Source: Streptosporangiaceae bacterium (GTDB lineage: Bacteria; Actinomycetota; Actinomycetes; Streptosporangiales; JBOHCT01). From it: a stretch of DNA of 56,021 nt. A model generated the notes under the pieces. The model saw only the letters and a program-made list of their open reading frames with translations. It was not told the origin of the DNA and did not search any database. Positions 9,401-17,997 of this stretch are shown piece after piece. The stretch covers positions 1 through 56,021 of the forward strand of contig JBOHCT010000002.1 of the NCBI GenBank assembly GCA_050699055.1. The letters run 5' to 3'. The position numbers were made by a program, and so were the translations under genes. Position 1 is the stretch's first letter, and each line of letters opens with the position of its first letter.

Positions 9401-9556
9401 ACCACTGCACCACCGGCTGCGGCGCGGGTTCGGGGGTGGTGAGCGTCCCCCATCGGTTTCGGCGGGGACCGCCGGTCGGTGGCATCATGGAAGCGAGGCA
9501 GAAGGGCACACCTTCCCCGTGACAGTCGAGCGTTTCCCTTCCCCGCCCCATCGGTC

Positions 9557-9733
9557 ATGGTCAACTGGCTACTCGCAGCGGTTCCGTCGGTCGTGTTCGG
9601 CGCCGCTCTGGTGTACCTCTTGTGGTCGGTGCTCATTCGTCCCGAGCTCGGCCGCCGGCCCGACGCGCGCTCGGATGACGCGGACACGGACCGATCCGCG
9701 GACGGCGGCTCCGAGCCTCCGGTGGGGGGCTAG
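9557..9733 (+). CDS. Hypothetical small membrane protein (58 aa)
   Basis: 'MVNWLLAAVPSVVFGAALVYLLWSVLI' forms one TM helix, followed by an acidic tail. High third-position GC. No recognisable family. Confidence 0.3.
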   Translation: MVNWLLAAVPSVVFGAALVYLLWSVLIRPELGRRPDARSDDADTDRSADGGSEPPVGG

Positions 9734-9815
9734 TCACGCCCCGGGCCCAAGCGGGAGGCCGGCCAGCCTGGAGAGCCGGTGCGGAGTCCGACGGAGTTAC
9801 ATCATGCATCGCAGA

Positions 9816-9825
9816 ATGATATCAT
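9816..9825. promoter_or_regulatory. Perfect 10-bp palindrome ATGATATCAT just upstream of vapB (likely antitoxin operator)
   Basis: Seen directly. It sits in a locally AT-rich stretch 7 nt before the vapB ATG. Confidence 0.4.
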
Positions 9826-9831
9826 CGAGGT

Positions 9832-10071
9832 ATGATTCGCACCCAGATCTCACTCACAGAAGGCCAGATGACACGTGCGCAGCAGGAAGCACGCAGGCGG
9901 GGCACGTCTGTCGCCGCGCTGCTGCGCGACGCGCTGGATCGGCTGCTGGACGAGACAGGGGAGGCCGCCGTTCGGGATCGCGCGAAGCTCGCCGTCGGCG
10001 GTTTCCGCTCGGGCGCGTCTGACATCAGCTCTCGCCATGACGAGGTGTTGGCCGAGGCGCGGCGTTGGTGA
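9832..10071 (+). CDS. vapB: Ribbon-helix-helix (CopG/VapB-type) antitoxin
   Basis: 'MIRTQISLTEGQMTRAQQEARRRGTSVAALLRDALDRLL' is an RHH fold. The stop overlaps the PIN gene start (GTGA). Confidence 0.8.
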   Translation: MIRTQISLTEGQMTRAQQEARRRGTSVAALLRDALDRLLDETGEAAVRDRAKLAVGGFRSGASDISSRHDEVLAEARRW

Positions 10072-10505
10072 GCGTTTTCGTCGACACGTCCGCCCTCTAC
10101 GCCCTGCTCGACGAGGATGACGCCAACCACAAGCGAGCGGCTGCCAGTTGGCAGCGACTCGTTGACACGTCCACGCTCACCACCCATGCCTACGTAGTCG
10201 TCGAACTCTCCGCCCTGACGCAGCGGCGACTGGGCATGGACGCGGTCGCGCGGCTGCACCGTGCTCTTCTGCCAGTCGTACGGCAGTGGACAGTGGACGC
10301 GCACACCCACGGACGAGCCGTGGAACGATGGCTCGCCCAGAGTCGCCGTGGCCTGTCCCTTGTCGACATGACCAGCTTCGTCATGATGGGCGACCGCCGC
10401 CTGTTCTGGGCGTTCGCCTACGACGAGGACTTCGACTCCGCGGGCTTTGACACCCGTGTCGAGCGGTGGGTCCACTCCGCCGGCCAGGAGGGCGGGAAGC
10501 AGTAA
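10068..10505 (+). CDS. vapC: PIN-domain ribonuclease toxin
   Basis: 'VSVFVDTSALYALLDEDDANH...' contains the acidic PIN residues, with 'LSLVDMTSFVMM' and 'FAYDEDF' later. Start is GTG 10068 (TTG 10065 is an alternative). Confidence 0.8.
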   Translation: MSVFVDTSALYALLDEDDANHKRAAASWQRLVDTSTLTTHAYVVVELSALTQRRLGMDAVARLHRALLPVVRQWTVDAHTHGRAVERWLAQSRRGLSLVDMTSFVMMGDRRLFWAFAYDEDFDSAGFDTRVERWVHSAGQEGGKQ

Positions 10506-10558
10506 GGGGCAGGCCCGGCGCCGGTACGGCAGATCCCCGAGGATTTCGGAGCGGTAGG

Positions 10559-11104
10559 TCACGACTGGTCATTGCGAGGTGTCCTCGCCCGCAGCCGCTG
10601 GGCGGCCAAGTTACACCAGGCGACGTTCTCCCGTTCGTAGGCGATGCCGCGTGCGAGCGTCAGGCTGGGGCCAAGATCGGCGCCGTCGGGATCGGCGAGG
10701 GCGTCGGCCTGCCGTTGATAACGCTCGAGCTTGGCCGCTGACTGGGCGGCGCGCTCCTCGAGCGCTGTGACCAGCGCCTGGGGATCGGCGACGCCGGCCG
10801 AGTAGACCTTGACGGCCAGGTCCTCCTTGAGCGCCCCGGGCCTGGTCGGGGCGGCAGCGAAATCGCGCAGCGCCTCGCGGCCGGCCTGGGTGATCGCGAA
10901 CACGCGCTTGTTAGGCCGCCCCTGCTGGCGCACCGTACGGCCGCGAACCAAGCGCTGGTCCTCCAAACGATGCAGTTCCGTGTAGAGCTGCTGGGGCAAC
11001 GCGTGCCAGAAGTTGGCCACCGAAGCGTCAAAGCGCTTGGCCAGCTCGTAGCCCGACGCCTCTCGGTCGAGCAAGACCGCAAGCACGGCGTGCCGAAGTG
11101 CCAT
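10559..11104 (-). CDS. PadR family transcriptional regulator
   Basis: Start ATG 11104, 'MALRHAVLAVLLDREASGYELAKRFDASVANFWHALPQQLYTELHRLEDQRLV'. Confidence 0.85.
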   Translation of the reverse strand: MALRHAVLAVLLDREASGYELAKRFDASVANFWHALPQQLYTELHRLEDQRLVRGRTVRQQGRPNKRVFAITQAGREALRDFAAAPTRPGALKEDLAVKVYSAGVADPQALVTALEERAAQSAAKLERYQRQADALADPDGADLGPSLTLARGIAYERENVAWCNLAAQRLRARTPRNDQS

Positions 11105-11148
11105 CAGACCGCAGCATAGACAGCCTTGCAATACTCAATTATTTGTGT

Positions 11149-11577
11149 ATGCTTGCGACCATGAGCGCTTCTGGACCCGTCCACCCGTTCCGCGCGGCGG
11201 CCGAAGCTCGCGACATCGACGCTCTGCTAAGCACGCTCGCCTCCGACGTCGTCCTGCATAGTCCCGTAACTTTCCACCCCTACGTCGGACGAGAGACAGT
11301 CGGTGGACTGCTGCGGCTGGTTTCCGAGGCCTTCGAAGGCTGGCACTGCACCGAGGAACTCCACGGGCCCAACGGCACCGTCGAGTTCGTGTTCCGCACG
11401 CGTGTGAATCAGCGTGAGCTCGAGGGCGTCGACTTGCTTCGACTCGACCCCGACGGGCTCGTATCCGACCTGACCGTGATGATCAGACCGCTGTCGGGCC
11501 TCGTCGCGCTCGCCCAGGCCATCGGCCCCAAGGTCGACGCCGCCGGCCTGAAGCCGTCGAACGGCGCGGCGGCGTGA
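11149..11577 (+). CDS. SnoaL-like / NTF2-family protein
   Basis: 'HPFRAAAEARDIDALLSTLASDVVLHSPVTFHPYVGRETVGGLLRLV'. Divergent from PadR. Start is 11149 or 11161. Confidence 0.65.
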   Translation: MLATMSASGPVHPFRAAAEARDIDALLSTLASDVVLHSPVTFHPYVGRETVGGLLRLVSEAFEGWHCTEELHGPNGTVEFVFRTRVNQRELEGVDLLRLDPDGLVSDLTVMIRPLSGLVALAQAIGPKVDAAGLKPSNGAAA

Positions 11578-11733
11578 GCCGATAACTCCGCAGGCTCCGA
11601 TAGCGGATCCTCTTCCGGGACACCGGCGTGCCCGCCACGTGCCGTAGCCGGGGCACGCATCGGTCACCAATGGTCGCTAGCAGGCGCAGCTGAATGTGTC
11701 CTGAACTGCGGCGACGGCGGCAGCCGACGGCCT

Positions 11734-11758
11734 CGGGGTTCGAATCCCTCCGAGCGCG
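11734..11758 (+). other. tRNA 3'-end-like fragment (T-arm plus acceptor 3' strand), possible att-site relic
   Basis: CGGGG-TTCGAAT-CCCTC-CGAGCGC-G contains the canonical GGTTCGAATCC T-loop. No matching 5' acceptor strand, D-arm or anticodon arm was found in the 80 nt upstream. Confidence 0.35.
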
Positions 11759-11879
11759 CAACGTAAGCCCAGGTCACAGTCTTGATGACGTGTCCCACCA
11801 CGAGCCGTGGCTCCCGAAGCGACTGCTGGCCAGCCGGGTCTGCTTCGTTCGTAGGCAGGCGAGGACTATAATTCAGACC

Positions 11880-12170
11880 ATGACGTTGACGGCTCTATCG
11901 GTGAGCGAGGCGAAGGCACACCTCAACGAGTTGGCCCACCGTGTGTACGCACAGCATGAGCGTGTGACGCTGACGCGCAACGGAACCCCGGAGGTGGTCC
12001 TGCTCTCCGTGGACGACTTGGAAGGTCTGGAAACCACGCTGGAGACGCTGGCTGACTCCGGCTCACTCGCTCGTATCAAGGAGTCCCTGGAGGAACTGGA
12101 GCGCGGCGAGGAGGGCGTCGACGTTGCGGAGGTCCGGAAGCAGCTACGCCGCCGTGTCGCCGGCGAATGA
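11880..12170 (+). CDS. Phd/YefM family antitoxin
   Basis: Start ATG 11880 after a TATAAT-like box. 'MTLTALSVSEAKAHLNELAHRVYAQHERVTLTRNGTPEVVLLSVDDLEGLETTLE'. Confidence 0.85.
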   Translation: MTLTALSVSEAKAHLNELAHRVYAQHERVTLTRNGTPEVVLLSVDDLEGLETTLETLADSGSLARIKESLEELERGEEGVDVAEVRKQLRRRVAGE

Positions 12171-12448
12171 CGGGAGGCCGGCCCTACCGGGTACGTCTCA
12201 TGGGTCCCGCGCGGCGTGCGATCGCGGAGAAGCTACCGGAAGCCGTGGCCGCAGCCGTCCTCGAGTTTTGCGAGGGAGACCTCGCCGTGAATCCCCGCCG
12301 CGTGGGTAAGGAGTTGTTCGGCCCGTTCTCCGGCTGCCATGGCGCGCGTCGTGGCACGTACCGGGTCGTCTACCGCATCGACGAAGCGCGGCGCGTCGTG
12401 CACGTAGTCGACGTTGCTCACCGCAGAGATGCATACCGCCGGCGGTAA
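12167..12448 (+). CDS. RelE/ParE family toxin
   Basis: 4-nt overlap with the antitoxin stop. 'YRVRL...ARRAIAEKLPEAVAAAVLEF..GDLAVNPRRVGKEL..GARRGTYRVVYRIDEARRVVHVVDVAHRRDAY'. Confidence 0.8.
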   Translation: MTGGRPYRVRLMGPARRAIAEKLPEAVAAAVLEFCEGDLAVNPRRVGKELFGPFSGCHGARRGTYRVVYRIDEARRVVHVVDVAHRRDAYRRR

Positions 12449-12499
12449 GTCGTCCGGTACAGAGACGCCGAAATATCGCGCACACGGCTCCGGAGCGTG

Positions 12500-13041
12500 A
12501 TCGTGTGTAGAGGGCGACGTACGCTATGACCTGCTTCGATGGACCTGACAAGATTGCTTTCCTTGGCCCCGTGTCCAAGGCGTCGATGAAATCGTAGCTG
12601 GTCGGTATGTCGCCCGCGCTGGTGAACATCTCCCGTTCGGCCTGCATGCGCGCACGGGTGTAGGCAGTGGTGGGTCCGGCACTGGAGATCAAGACGGCCC
12701 GGTCGACTAGCTGTGGTCGGGTGCGGCATAGCTCCTCGGCGATGAAGCCGCCGAGAGACACTCCGATCAGGTGACAGCGTTCCAGGCCAAGATGGGCGAT
12801 CAGGTGTGCGGTGTCGGCGGCCATTGCCGCGATCGTGTACGGCGCCGGTGGGCCGTCGGAGGGGTCCACTCCTCTGCTGGCGAACGTGACCACTTGATAC
12901 CAGGCCTGGGTGAGGGCCGGGACAAGCAGATAGTCCCAGACGACGGGAGACATGCCGGCGCCGCCGATGAGTACGACCGGTGTGCCTGCGCCGTGGGGTT
13001 TGAAGGGCCAGCCGTACCCCGTCCGCTTCGACCGTGTCCAT
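12500..13041 (-). pseudogene. Alpha/beta-hydrolase, frameshifted near the 5' end and truncated at the 3' end
   Basis: 'MDTVEADGVRLA' (frame A) continues as 'FKPHGAGTPVVLIGGAGMSPVVWDY...GVSLGGFIAEE' (frame B) after a 1-nt shift near 13003-13010. Homology decays after about 12560 and the reading frame runs into the relE gene. Confidence 0.6.
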
Positions 13042-13206
13042 CAGCCGCCTTCTACGTTTGTCGAGTCATGCGGGTGCCGCGGCCGACGAAACTCGTTGCA
13101 ACTCGCGGCAGCCACAGTCGGGCCGTCGCCGCCACCTACCACCAGGTGTGGTGGCCCCACACCGACAACCCGGAGGCGCGTCGCCTGCGGCTGTCCGTCA
13201 CCGGCG

Positions 13207-13785
13207 CTAGAGCGTATTCGCGCGGCGGACCGCCTCGGCGGCGTCCTCGGCCCGCTGCCGGGCTTCGACGGTGAAACGCTCATCGAGGTCGCCTAGCTCC
13301 ACGTCGATCCGGACGAGCTCGGCGGCGGACCGCGCCGCCGCCTCCGCGAGAAGCACGGCGGTCCGCGCGTCGCCCACGAGGTTGGGGTTGCCCTCCCGGG
13401 CCAGCCGGGCGCCGAGCTCGGCCACCTCAGCGGCCACGCCCGCGATGCGCAGCGGGACCTCGGCCGCGCGTTCCAGGGACTCGCGAATGCGTGCGCCGGG
13501 TCCCGACCCACTCTCGCGGGGCAGCGCGTACGCGGCGAGGACGGCGCCGTACGCGTCGGCGTCGGCGTCGGCGAGCGGTCCCGCGGCGGCGCGCAGCTCG
13601 TCCGCGCGCCCGGCGACGTCCGCGGCGTCCCCGAGCCGCCCCTCGGAGTAGCGGGCCGCCATCGCGACCAGCCCGGCCGCCATCGCCGTGACGACCGCCG
13701 CGACGCACCCACCGCCGGGCGCCGGCTCCCGCGCGGCGACCGCGTCCAGGAACTCGCCGACGGTGGAGTCCAGGTACGACGTCAC
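13207..13785 (-). CDS. fchA: Cyclodeaminase/cyclohydrolase family protein (methenyl-THF cyclohydrolase-like, FTCD C-terminal type)
   Basis: 'VGEFLDAVAAREPAPGGGCVAAVVTAMAAGLVAMAARYS' is the family signature. It immediately follows fhs. Confidence 0.8.
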   Translation of the reverse strand: MTSYLDSTVGEFLDAVAAREPAPGGGCVAAVVTAMAAGLVAMAARYSEGRLGDAADVAGRADELRAAAGPLADADADAYGAVLAAYALPRESGSGPGARIRESLERAAEVPLRIAGVAAEVAELGARLAREGNPNLVGDARTAVLLAEAAARSAAELVRIDVELGDLDERFTVEARQRAEDAAEAVRRANTL

Positions 13786-15483
13786 TCAGAACAGCCCCAC
13801 GGTCTCCCCGTCGGCGTCGATGTCGACGTGCGCCGCCGCCGGGTCGCTGCCGAGCCCCGGCATCGTGCGCATGTCGCCGCAGATCGGGTACACGAATCCG
13901 GCGCCGGCCGCCGCGCGGACCTCACGGACCGGCAGCGTCCAGCCGGTCGGCGCGCCCTTGAGCGCCGGGTCGGCCGACAGCGACAGGTGGTTCTTGGCCA
14001 TGCAGATCGGCAGCCGGCCGAACCCGGCGCGCTCGTAGGTGTCCAGCGACCGTGCCGCCTCCGCCGAGTACTCGACGCCGTCCGCGCCGTAGATCTTCGT
14101 CGCGATAGCCTCGATCTTCTCCCGCAGCGAGGCGTCGTCCGGGTAGAGCAGCCGAAAGTCCGTCGGTTCGTCCACGGCCTCGGCCACCGCCTCGGCGAGC
14201 TCGGTCGCACCCCGTCCCCCGTCGGTGAAATGCGTCGACACCGCGCAGCGCGCCCCTTCCTCCTCGGCGATCTCGCGGATCACCTGGTACTCCGAGGGGT
14301 GGTCGGTAGGGAAGGCGTTGACCGCCACCACCGGGGTGACGCCGTGCACGCGGACGTTCTCGATCTGCTTGCGCAGGTTCGCCGCCCCGGCGGCCACGTC
14401 GTCCGGGTTCTCCGCGAGCAGCTCGTCCGGCAGCGGCCGGCCGGCCACGATCGTGTACTTGCCGGAGTGCGACTTGAGCGCCCGCACGGTGGCGACCAGC
14501 ACCGCGGCGTCGGGCCGTTCACCTGAGACCCGGCACTTGATGTTGAAGAACCGCTCAGCCCCCATGTCGGCGCCGAACCCGGCCTCGGTGATGTGCACGT
14601 CGCCGGTACGCAGCCCGATGAGGTCCGCCGTCACCGACGAGTTGCCCGTGGCGATGTTGCCGAACGGGCCGCAGTGCACGAGCGCGGGGGTGTTCTCGTA
14701 CGTCTGCAGCAAGTTCGGCTTGATCGCCTCGCGCAACAGGACCGTCATCGTCCCCGCGGCCTGCAGCTGCTCGGCGGTCACCGGCTCCCCGTCGCGCGTG
14801 TAGCCCACGACGATCCGCCCGAGCCGCTCGCGGAGGTCCCGCAGCGACGTCACGAGCGCCAGGGTGGCCATGACCTCGGACGCGGCGGTGATGTCGAAGC
14901 CGGTCTGCCGCGGCACGCCGTCGACCCGGCCGCCGAGGCCGACGACGAGGTTGCGCAACGCCCGGTCGTTGACGTCGAGTACCCGGCGCCAGGTGATGTT
15001 GTGCAGGTCGAGCCCGAGCGCGTTGCCCCGGTACAGGTGGTTGTCCACCATCGCGGCCAGCTGGTTGTGCGCCGCCGCGACCGCGTGCATGTCGCCGGTG
15101 AGGTGGAGGTTGAGCTTCTCCATCGGCACGACCTGGCTGTAGCCGCCGCCCGCCGCGCCGCCCTTGATGCCCAGGGCGGGGCCCATGGAGGCTTCCCTGA
15201 CCGCGATGGTCGCCTTGCGGCCGAGCTGGGTCATGCCCTGCCCGAGCCCGACGGTGGTCGTGGTCTTGCCCTCCCCCAGCGGCGTCGGGGTGATGCCGGT
15301 CACCACGACGTACTTGGCCCGCGGGCGACTGGCGAGCTCGTCGATCGCGTCCAGACTGATCTTCATCACGTCGCGCCCGTACGGCTCCAGCAGGTGGCTG
15401 CCCAGGCCCATCTCGCCCGCGACGTCCTCGATCGGCTTGAGCGCGGCGCTCCGCGCGATCTCCAGGTTGCTCGGAACCGTCAT
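13786..15483 (-). CDS. fhs: Formate--tetrahydrofolate ligase
   Basis: Start ATG 15483, 'MTVPSNLEIARSAALKPIEDVA...VVVTGITPTPLGEGKTTTTVGL'. Full-length, about 565 aa. Confidence 0.95.
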   Translation of the reverse strand: MTVPSNLEIARSAALKPIEDVAGEMGLGSHLLEPYGRDVMKISLDAIDELASRPRAKYVVVTGITPTPLGEGKTTTTVGLGQGMTQLGRKATIAVREASMGPALGIKGGAAGGGYSQVVPMEKLNLHLTGDMHAVAAAHNQLAAMVDNHLYRGNALGLDLHNITWRRVLDVNDRALRNLVVGLGGRVDGVPRQTGFDITAASEVMATLALVTSLRDLRERLGRIVVGYTRDGEPVTAEQLQAAGTMTVLLREAIKPNLLQTYENTPALVHCGPFGNIATGNSSVTADLIGLRTGDVHITEAGFGADMGAERFFNIKCRVSGERPDAAVLVATVRALKSHSGKYTIVAGRPLPDELLAENPDDVAAGAANLRKQIENVRVHGVTPVVAVNAFPTDHPSEYQVIREIAEEEGARCAVSTHFTDGGRGATELAEAVAEAVDEPTDFRLLYPDDASLREKIEAIATKIYGADGVEYSAEAARSLDTYERAGFGRLPICMAKNHLSLSADPALKGAPTGWTLPVREVRAAAGAGFVYPICGDMRTMPGLGSDPAAAHVDIDADGETVGLF

Positions 15484-15597
15484 CCTTGCCCTCCTCAGCC
15501 GCCGAGTGCTCGACATCCCGACCATCCACTCTCGCACCCGGGAGAATCTGTTCGCGAACCGTCCAGGGCAACGGGCACGCTGCCAGCGGAGCGTCCC

Positions 15598-16830
15598 TTA
15601 CCCGGACACGTCCAGCCCGGCCTCGGCACGCAGGATGTCGGTCTTGTCGGTCCGCTCCCAGGTGAAATCGTGCTCGGTGCGCCCGAAGTGGCCGTACGCG
15701 GCGGTCCGCCGATAGATCGGCCGATGCAGGTCGAGGTACTGGCGGAAGGCCGCGGGACGCAGGTCGAAATGCTTCTCCACGAGAGCGGCGATCGCGGAGC
15801 GCGGGATCCTCTCCGTGCCGAACGTCTCGATCAGCGTCGACAGCGGCCGCGCGACCCCGATGGCGTACGCGAGCTGGAGCTCGAGCCGGTCCGCGACGCC
15901 GGCGGCCACGAGGTTCTTCGCGACGTACCGGGCCGCGTACGAGGCCGACCTGTCGACCTTGGAGGGGTCCTTGCCGGAGAACGCGCCGCCCCCGTGGCGC
16001 GCCATCCCCCCGTAGGTGTCGACGATGATCTTGCGACCGGTGAGACCGGAGTCGCCCACCGGCCCTCCGATGACGAAACGGCCGGTCGGGTTGACGAAGA
16101 AGCTGTCCCGCAGCGTCCGCGGGTCGTAGAGATCCGTGGGGAGCACCGGAACGACCACGTGCTCCCACAGCGCGTCGGCCAGCTTGTCCTCCACACCCTC
16201 CTCGTGCTGGGTGGAGATCAACACCTTCTCGACCGCGACCGGTACCCAGTCGCGGTAACGCACGGTCACCTGCGACTTGCCATCCGGGCGCAGGTACGGC
16301 ATGACCCCGCTCCTGCGCATATCGGCCATCCGGTGAGCCAGTCGATGGGCGAGCGCGACCGGCGCCGGCATCAGCTCCGGCGTCTCGCGCGTCGCGTAGC
16401 CGAACATCATCCCCTGATCGCCCGCTCCAACGCGGTCGTAGTCGTTGGTCACGTCTCCGTGTCCCTGGTGCTCCCGCCACTCCTGCGCGGCGTCGACCCC
16501 TCGAGCGATGTCGGGCGACTGCTTGTCCAAGGCGGTGAGGACGGCGCAGCACTTCCCGTCGAAACCGTAGACGCCGTCGTTGTAGCCGATCTCGCAGATC
16601 GTGTCGCGGGCGATCTGGGCGAAGTCGAGCACCGCGCTCGTCGTGATCTCCCCGGCCACGAGAACCAGACCGGTCGTGAGGAGGGTCTCACAGGCGACCC
16701 GCGAGCAGGGGTCCTCCCGCAGGGCGGCGTCCACGACCGCGTCGGAGATCTGGTCCGCGATCTTGTCCGGATGCCCCTCGGTGACCGACTCCGAGGTGAA
16801 CAGGAAGTCGTCGTCTTCGTGCCTGCCCAT
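15598..16830 (-). CDS. metK: S-adenosylmethionine synthetase
   Basis: '[27 protein letters not shown]', '[12 protein letters not shown]' and '[19 protein letters not shown]'. Confidence 0.97.
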   Translation of the reverse strand: MGRHEDDDFLFTSESVTEGHPDKIADQISDAVVDAALREDPCSRVACETLLTTGLVLVAGEITTSAVLDFAQIARDTICEIGYNDGVYGFDGKCCAVLTALDKQSPDIARGVDAAQEWREHQGHGDVTNDYDRVGAGDQGMMFGYATRETPELMPAPVALAHRLAHRMADMRRSGVMPYLRPDGKSQVTVRYRDWVPVAVEKVLISTQHEEGVEDKLADALWEHVVVPVLPTDLYDPRTLRDSFFVNPTGRFVIGGPVGDSGLTGRKIIVDTYGGMARHGGGAFSGKDPSKVDRSASYAARYVAKNLVAAGVADRLELQLAYAIGVARPLSTLIETFGTERIPRSAIAALVEKHFDLRPAAFRQYLDLHRPIYRRTAAYGHFGRTEHDFTWERTDKTDILRAEAGLDVSG

Positions 16831-17987
16831 CAGGGTGCTCCCTTCTCCGCCCGCCCCACGCCGGCGCCCTCGATGCCTGTTCCTGAACTTCGTCGGCGTC
16901 GGCCCGGTGCCCTGCCGTGAGGACCGCCCTTCGCCGCTCCGTCGCCCGCGCCGCCTCGGCCGATCTCACGCCGTACGCTCGAGGTGCCCGCGACCATCGC
17001 GCGCAGCTTGGCGCGCGCGATGGCGGGCGGGAGGTGACGCAGGCCGCAGTCGGGGTTGATCACCAGCCGCTCGGCGGGAATCACCGCCAGCGCCCGCCTG
17101 ACCCGGTCGGCGACGACGTCGGCGGTTTCCACGCCCTCGCTCTTCACGTCGATCACCCCGAGTCCGAGGGCCCGGTCCCAGGGGTAGCGGCGGAACAGCT
17201 TGAGGTCGTCGTAGCCCTTGCGCGCGAACTCCAGCACGAGCTGATCCACCCGAGCGTCCAAGACCGCGGGGAAGAGGAAGTCGTAGTGCCCCTCCCAGGA
17301 GGGCCGGGCGTAGCGGTTGCCGTAGCAGACGTGCAGTGCCCAGGTCGCGTCCACGTCACGGGTCACGATGTTGACGGCCTCGACGGCGAGCGCGATCTGC
17401 TCCGGGTACCCGGCGAGGAAAGGCTCGTCGATCTGCAGCAGCCGCGCCCCCGCCCTCGCGAGCTGTCTCGCCTCGGCGTTCAGGACCGCGGCGAGGGCCC
17501 TGACCAGGTCGGCCCTGTCGGAGTAGGCCTCGTTCCCGATCCTCCTGGACAGCGAGAAGGGCCCGGTGAAGGAGAACTTGATCGGCCGGTCGGTGCTCTC
17601 ACGGGTGAAGCGGTAATCGGCGGCCAACCCCAGGGGCATGTCCTCGCTCTCGGGGAGCGGACTGCTGACCACCGCGTCGTAGTAGTCGTAGTAGTACGAC
17701 TTCGCCCCCCGGGGGATACCGAGGCCGGGGATCTTCACGAGCAGGTAGTCGATGTCGTTGTCGCGCCGGAGCTCGCCGTCGGAGACGATATCGATCCCCG
17801 CGCGCTCCTGATCCTTGACGGCCGCCTTGATCGCGACGTCGTGGATCTCCCGCAGGTAGTCGCCGCTGATGCGCCGCTGGTGGTAGTCCGTCTTGAGGCG
17901 CTCCAGCCACTCGGGCACGGAGTACGAGCCGACCACAGTGGTCGGCAGCAGCGGCACGCCAGAGGCCTTCAACCGGCGCGGAGACAT
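16830..17987 (-). CDS. Short (core) MetE-like cobalamin-independent methyltransferase, C-terminal-domain-only type
   Basis: '[15 protein letters not shown]', '[13 protein letters not shown]', '[10 protein letters not shown]', 'HVCYGN' and '[13 protein letters not shown]' are Meth_synt_2-like motifs. A ~45-aa low-complexity tail follows. The stop overlaps the metK start (ATGA). Confidence 0.8.
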   Translation of the reverse strand: MSPRRLKASGVPLLPTTVVGSYSVPEWLERLKTDYHQRRISGDYLREIHDVAIKAAVKDQERAGIDIVSDGELRRDNDIDYLLVKIPGLGIPRGAKSYYYDYYDAVVSSPLPESEDMPLGLAADYRFTRESTDRPIKFSFTGPFSLSRRIGNEAYSDRADLVRALAAVLNAEARQLARAGARLLQIDEPFLAGYPEQIALAVEAVNIVTRDVDATWALHVCYGNRYARPSWEGHYDFLFPAVLDARVDQLVLEFARKGYDDLKLFRRYPWDRALGLGVIDVKSEGVETADVVADRVRRALAVIPAERLVINPDCGLRHLPPAIARAKLRAMVAGTSSVRREIGRGGAGDGAAKGGPHGRAPGRRRRSSGTGIEGAGVGRAEKGAP

Positions 17988-17997
17988 ACGGTTCCCG

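Noticed and set aside
9030-10022. 330-aa ORF as an intact gene
   Set aside because: Only the first ~75 codons look like a DUF222 N-terminus. Homology then continues in another frame (9265 onward). The remainder is Arg/Ala/Gly-rich and overlaps the convincing vapB gene, so it is treated as a pseudogene remnant.
11626-11658. Inverted repeat GCGTGCCC-N17-GGGCACGC after the SnoaL-like gene as a terminator
   Set aside because: The loop is large and there is no T-tract. It may be fortuitous in GC-rich DNA.
13139-13157. Hairpin GGTGTGG-TGGCC-CCACACC downstream of the cyclohydrolase gene as an operon terminator
   Set aside because: The stem is short and no U-tract follows on the minus-strand transcript. 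This is insufficient to call an intrinsic terminator.
15484-15597. Possible ZTP (pfl) riboswitch upstream of fhs
   Set aside because: Only loose resemblances were found (CUGGCA, GCCCUGGAC), and they are too close together to form the two ZTP subdomains. Unverified without a covariance-model search.
14593-16920. 775-aa + strand ORF, and the 665-aa minus-strand ORF at 14555-16552
   Set aside because: Both overlap fhs and metK in other frames or on the other strand. fhs and metK have unmistakable signatures, while these ORFs are low-complexity Arg/Gly/Pro strings.
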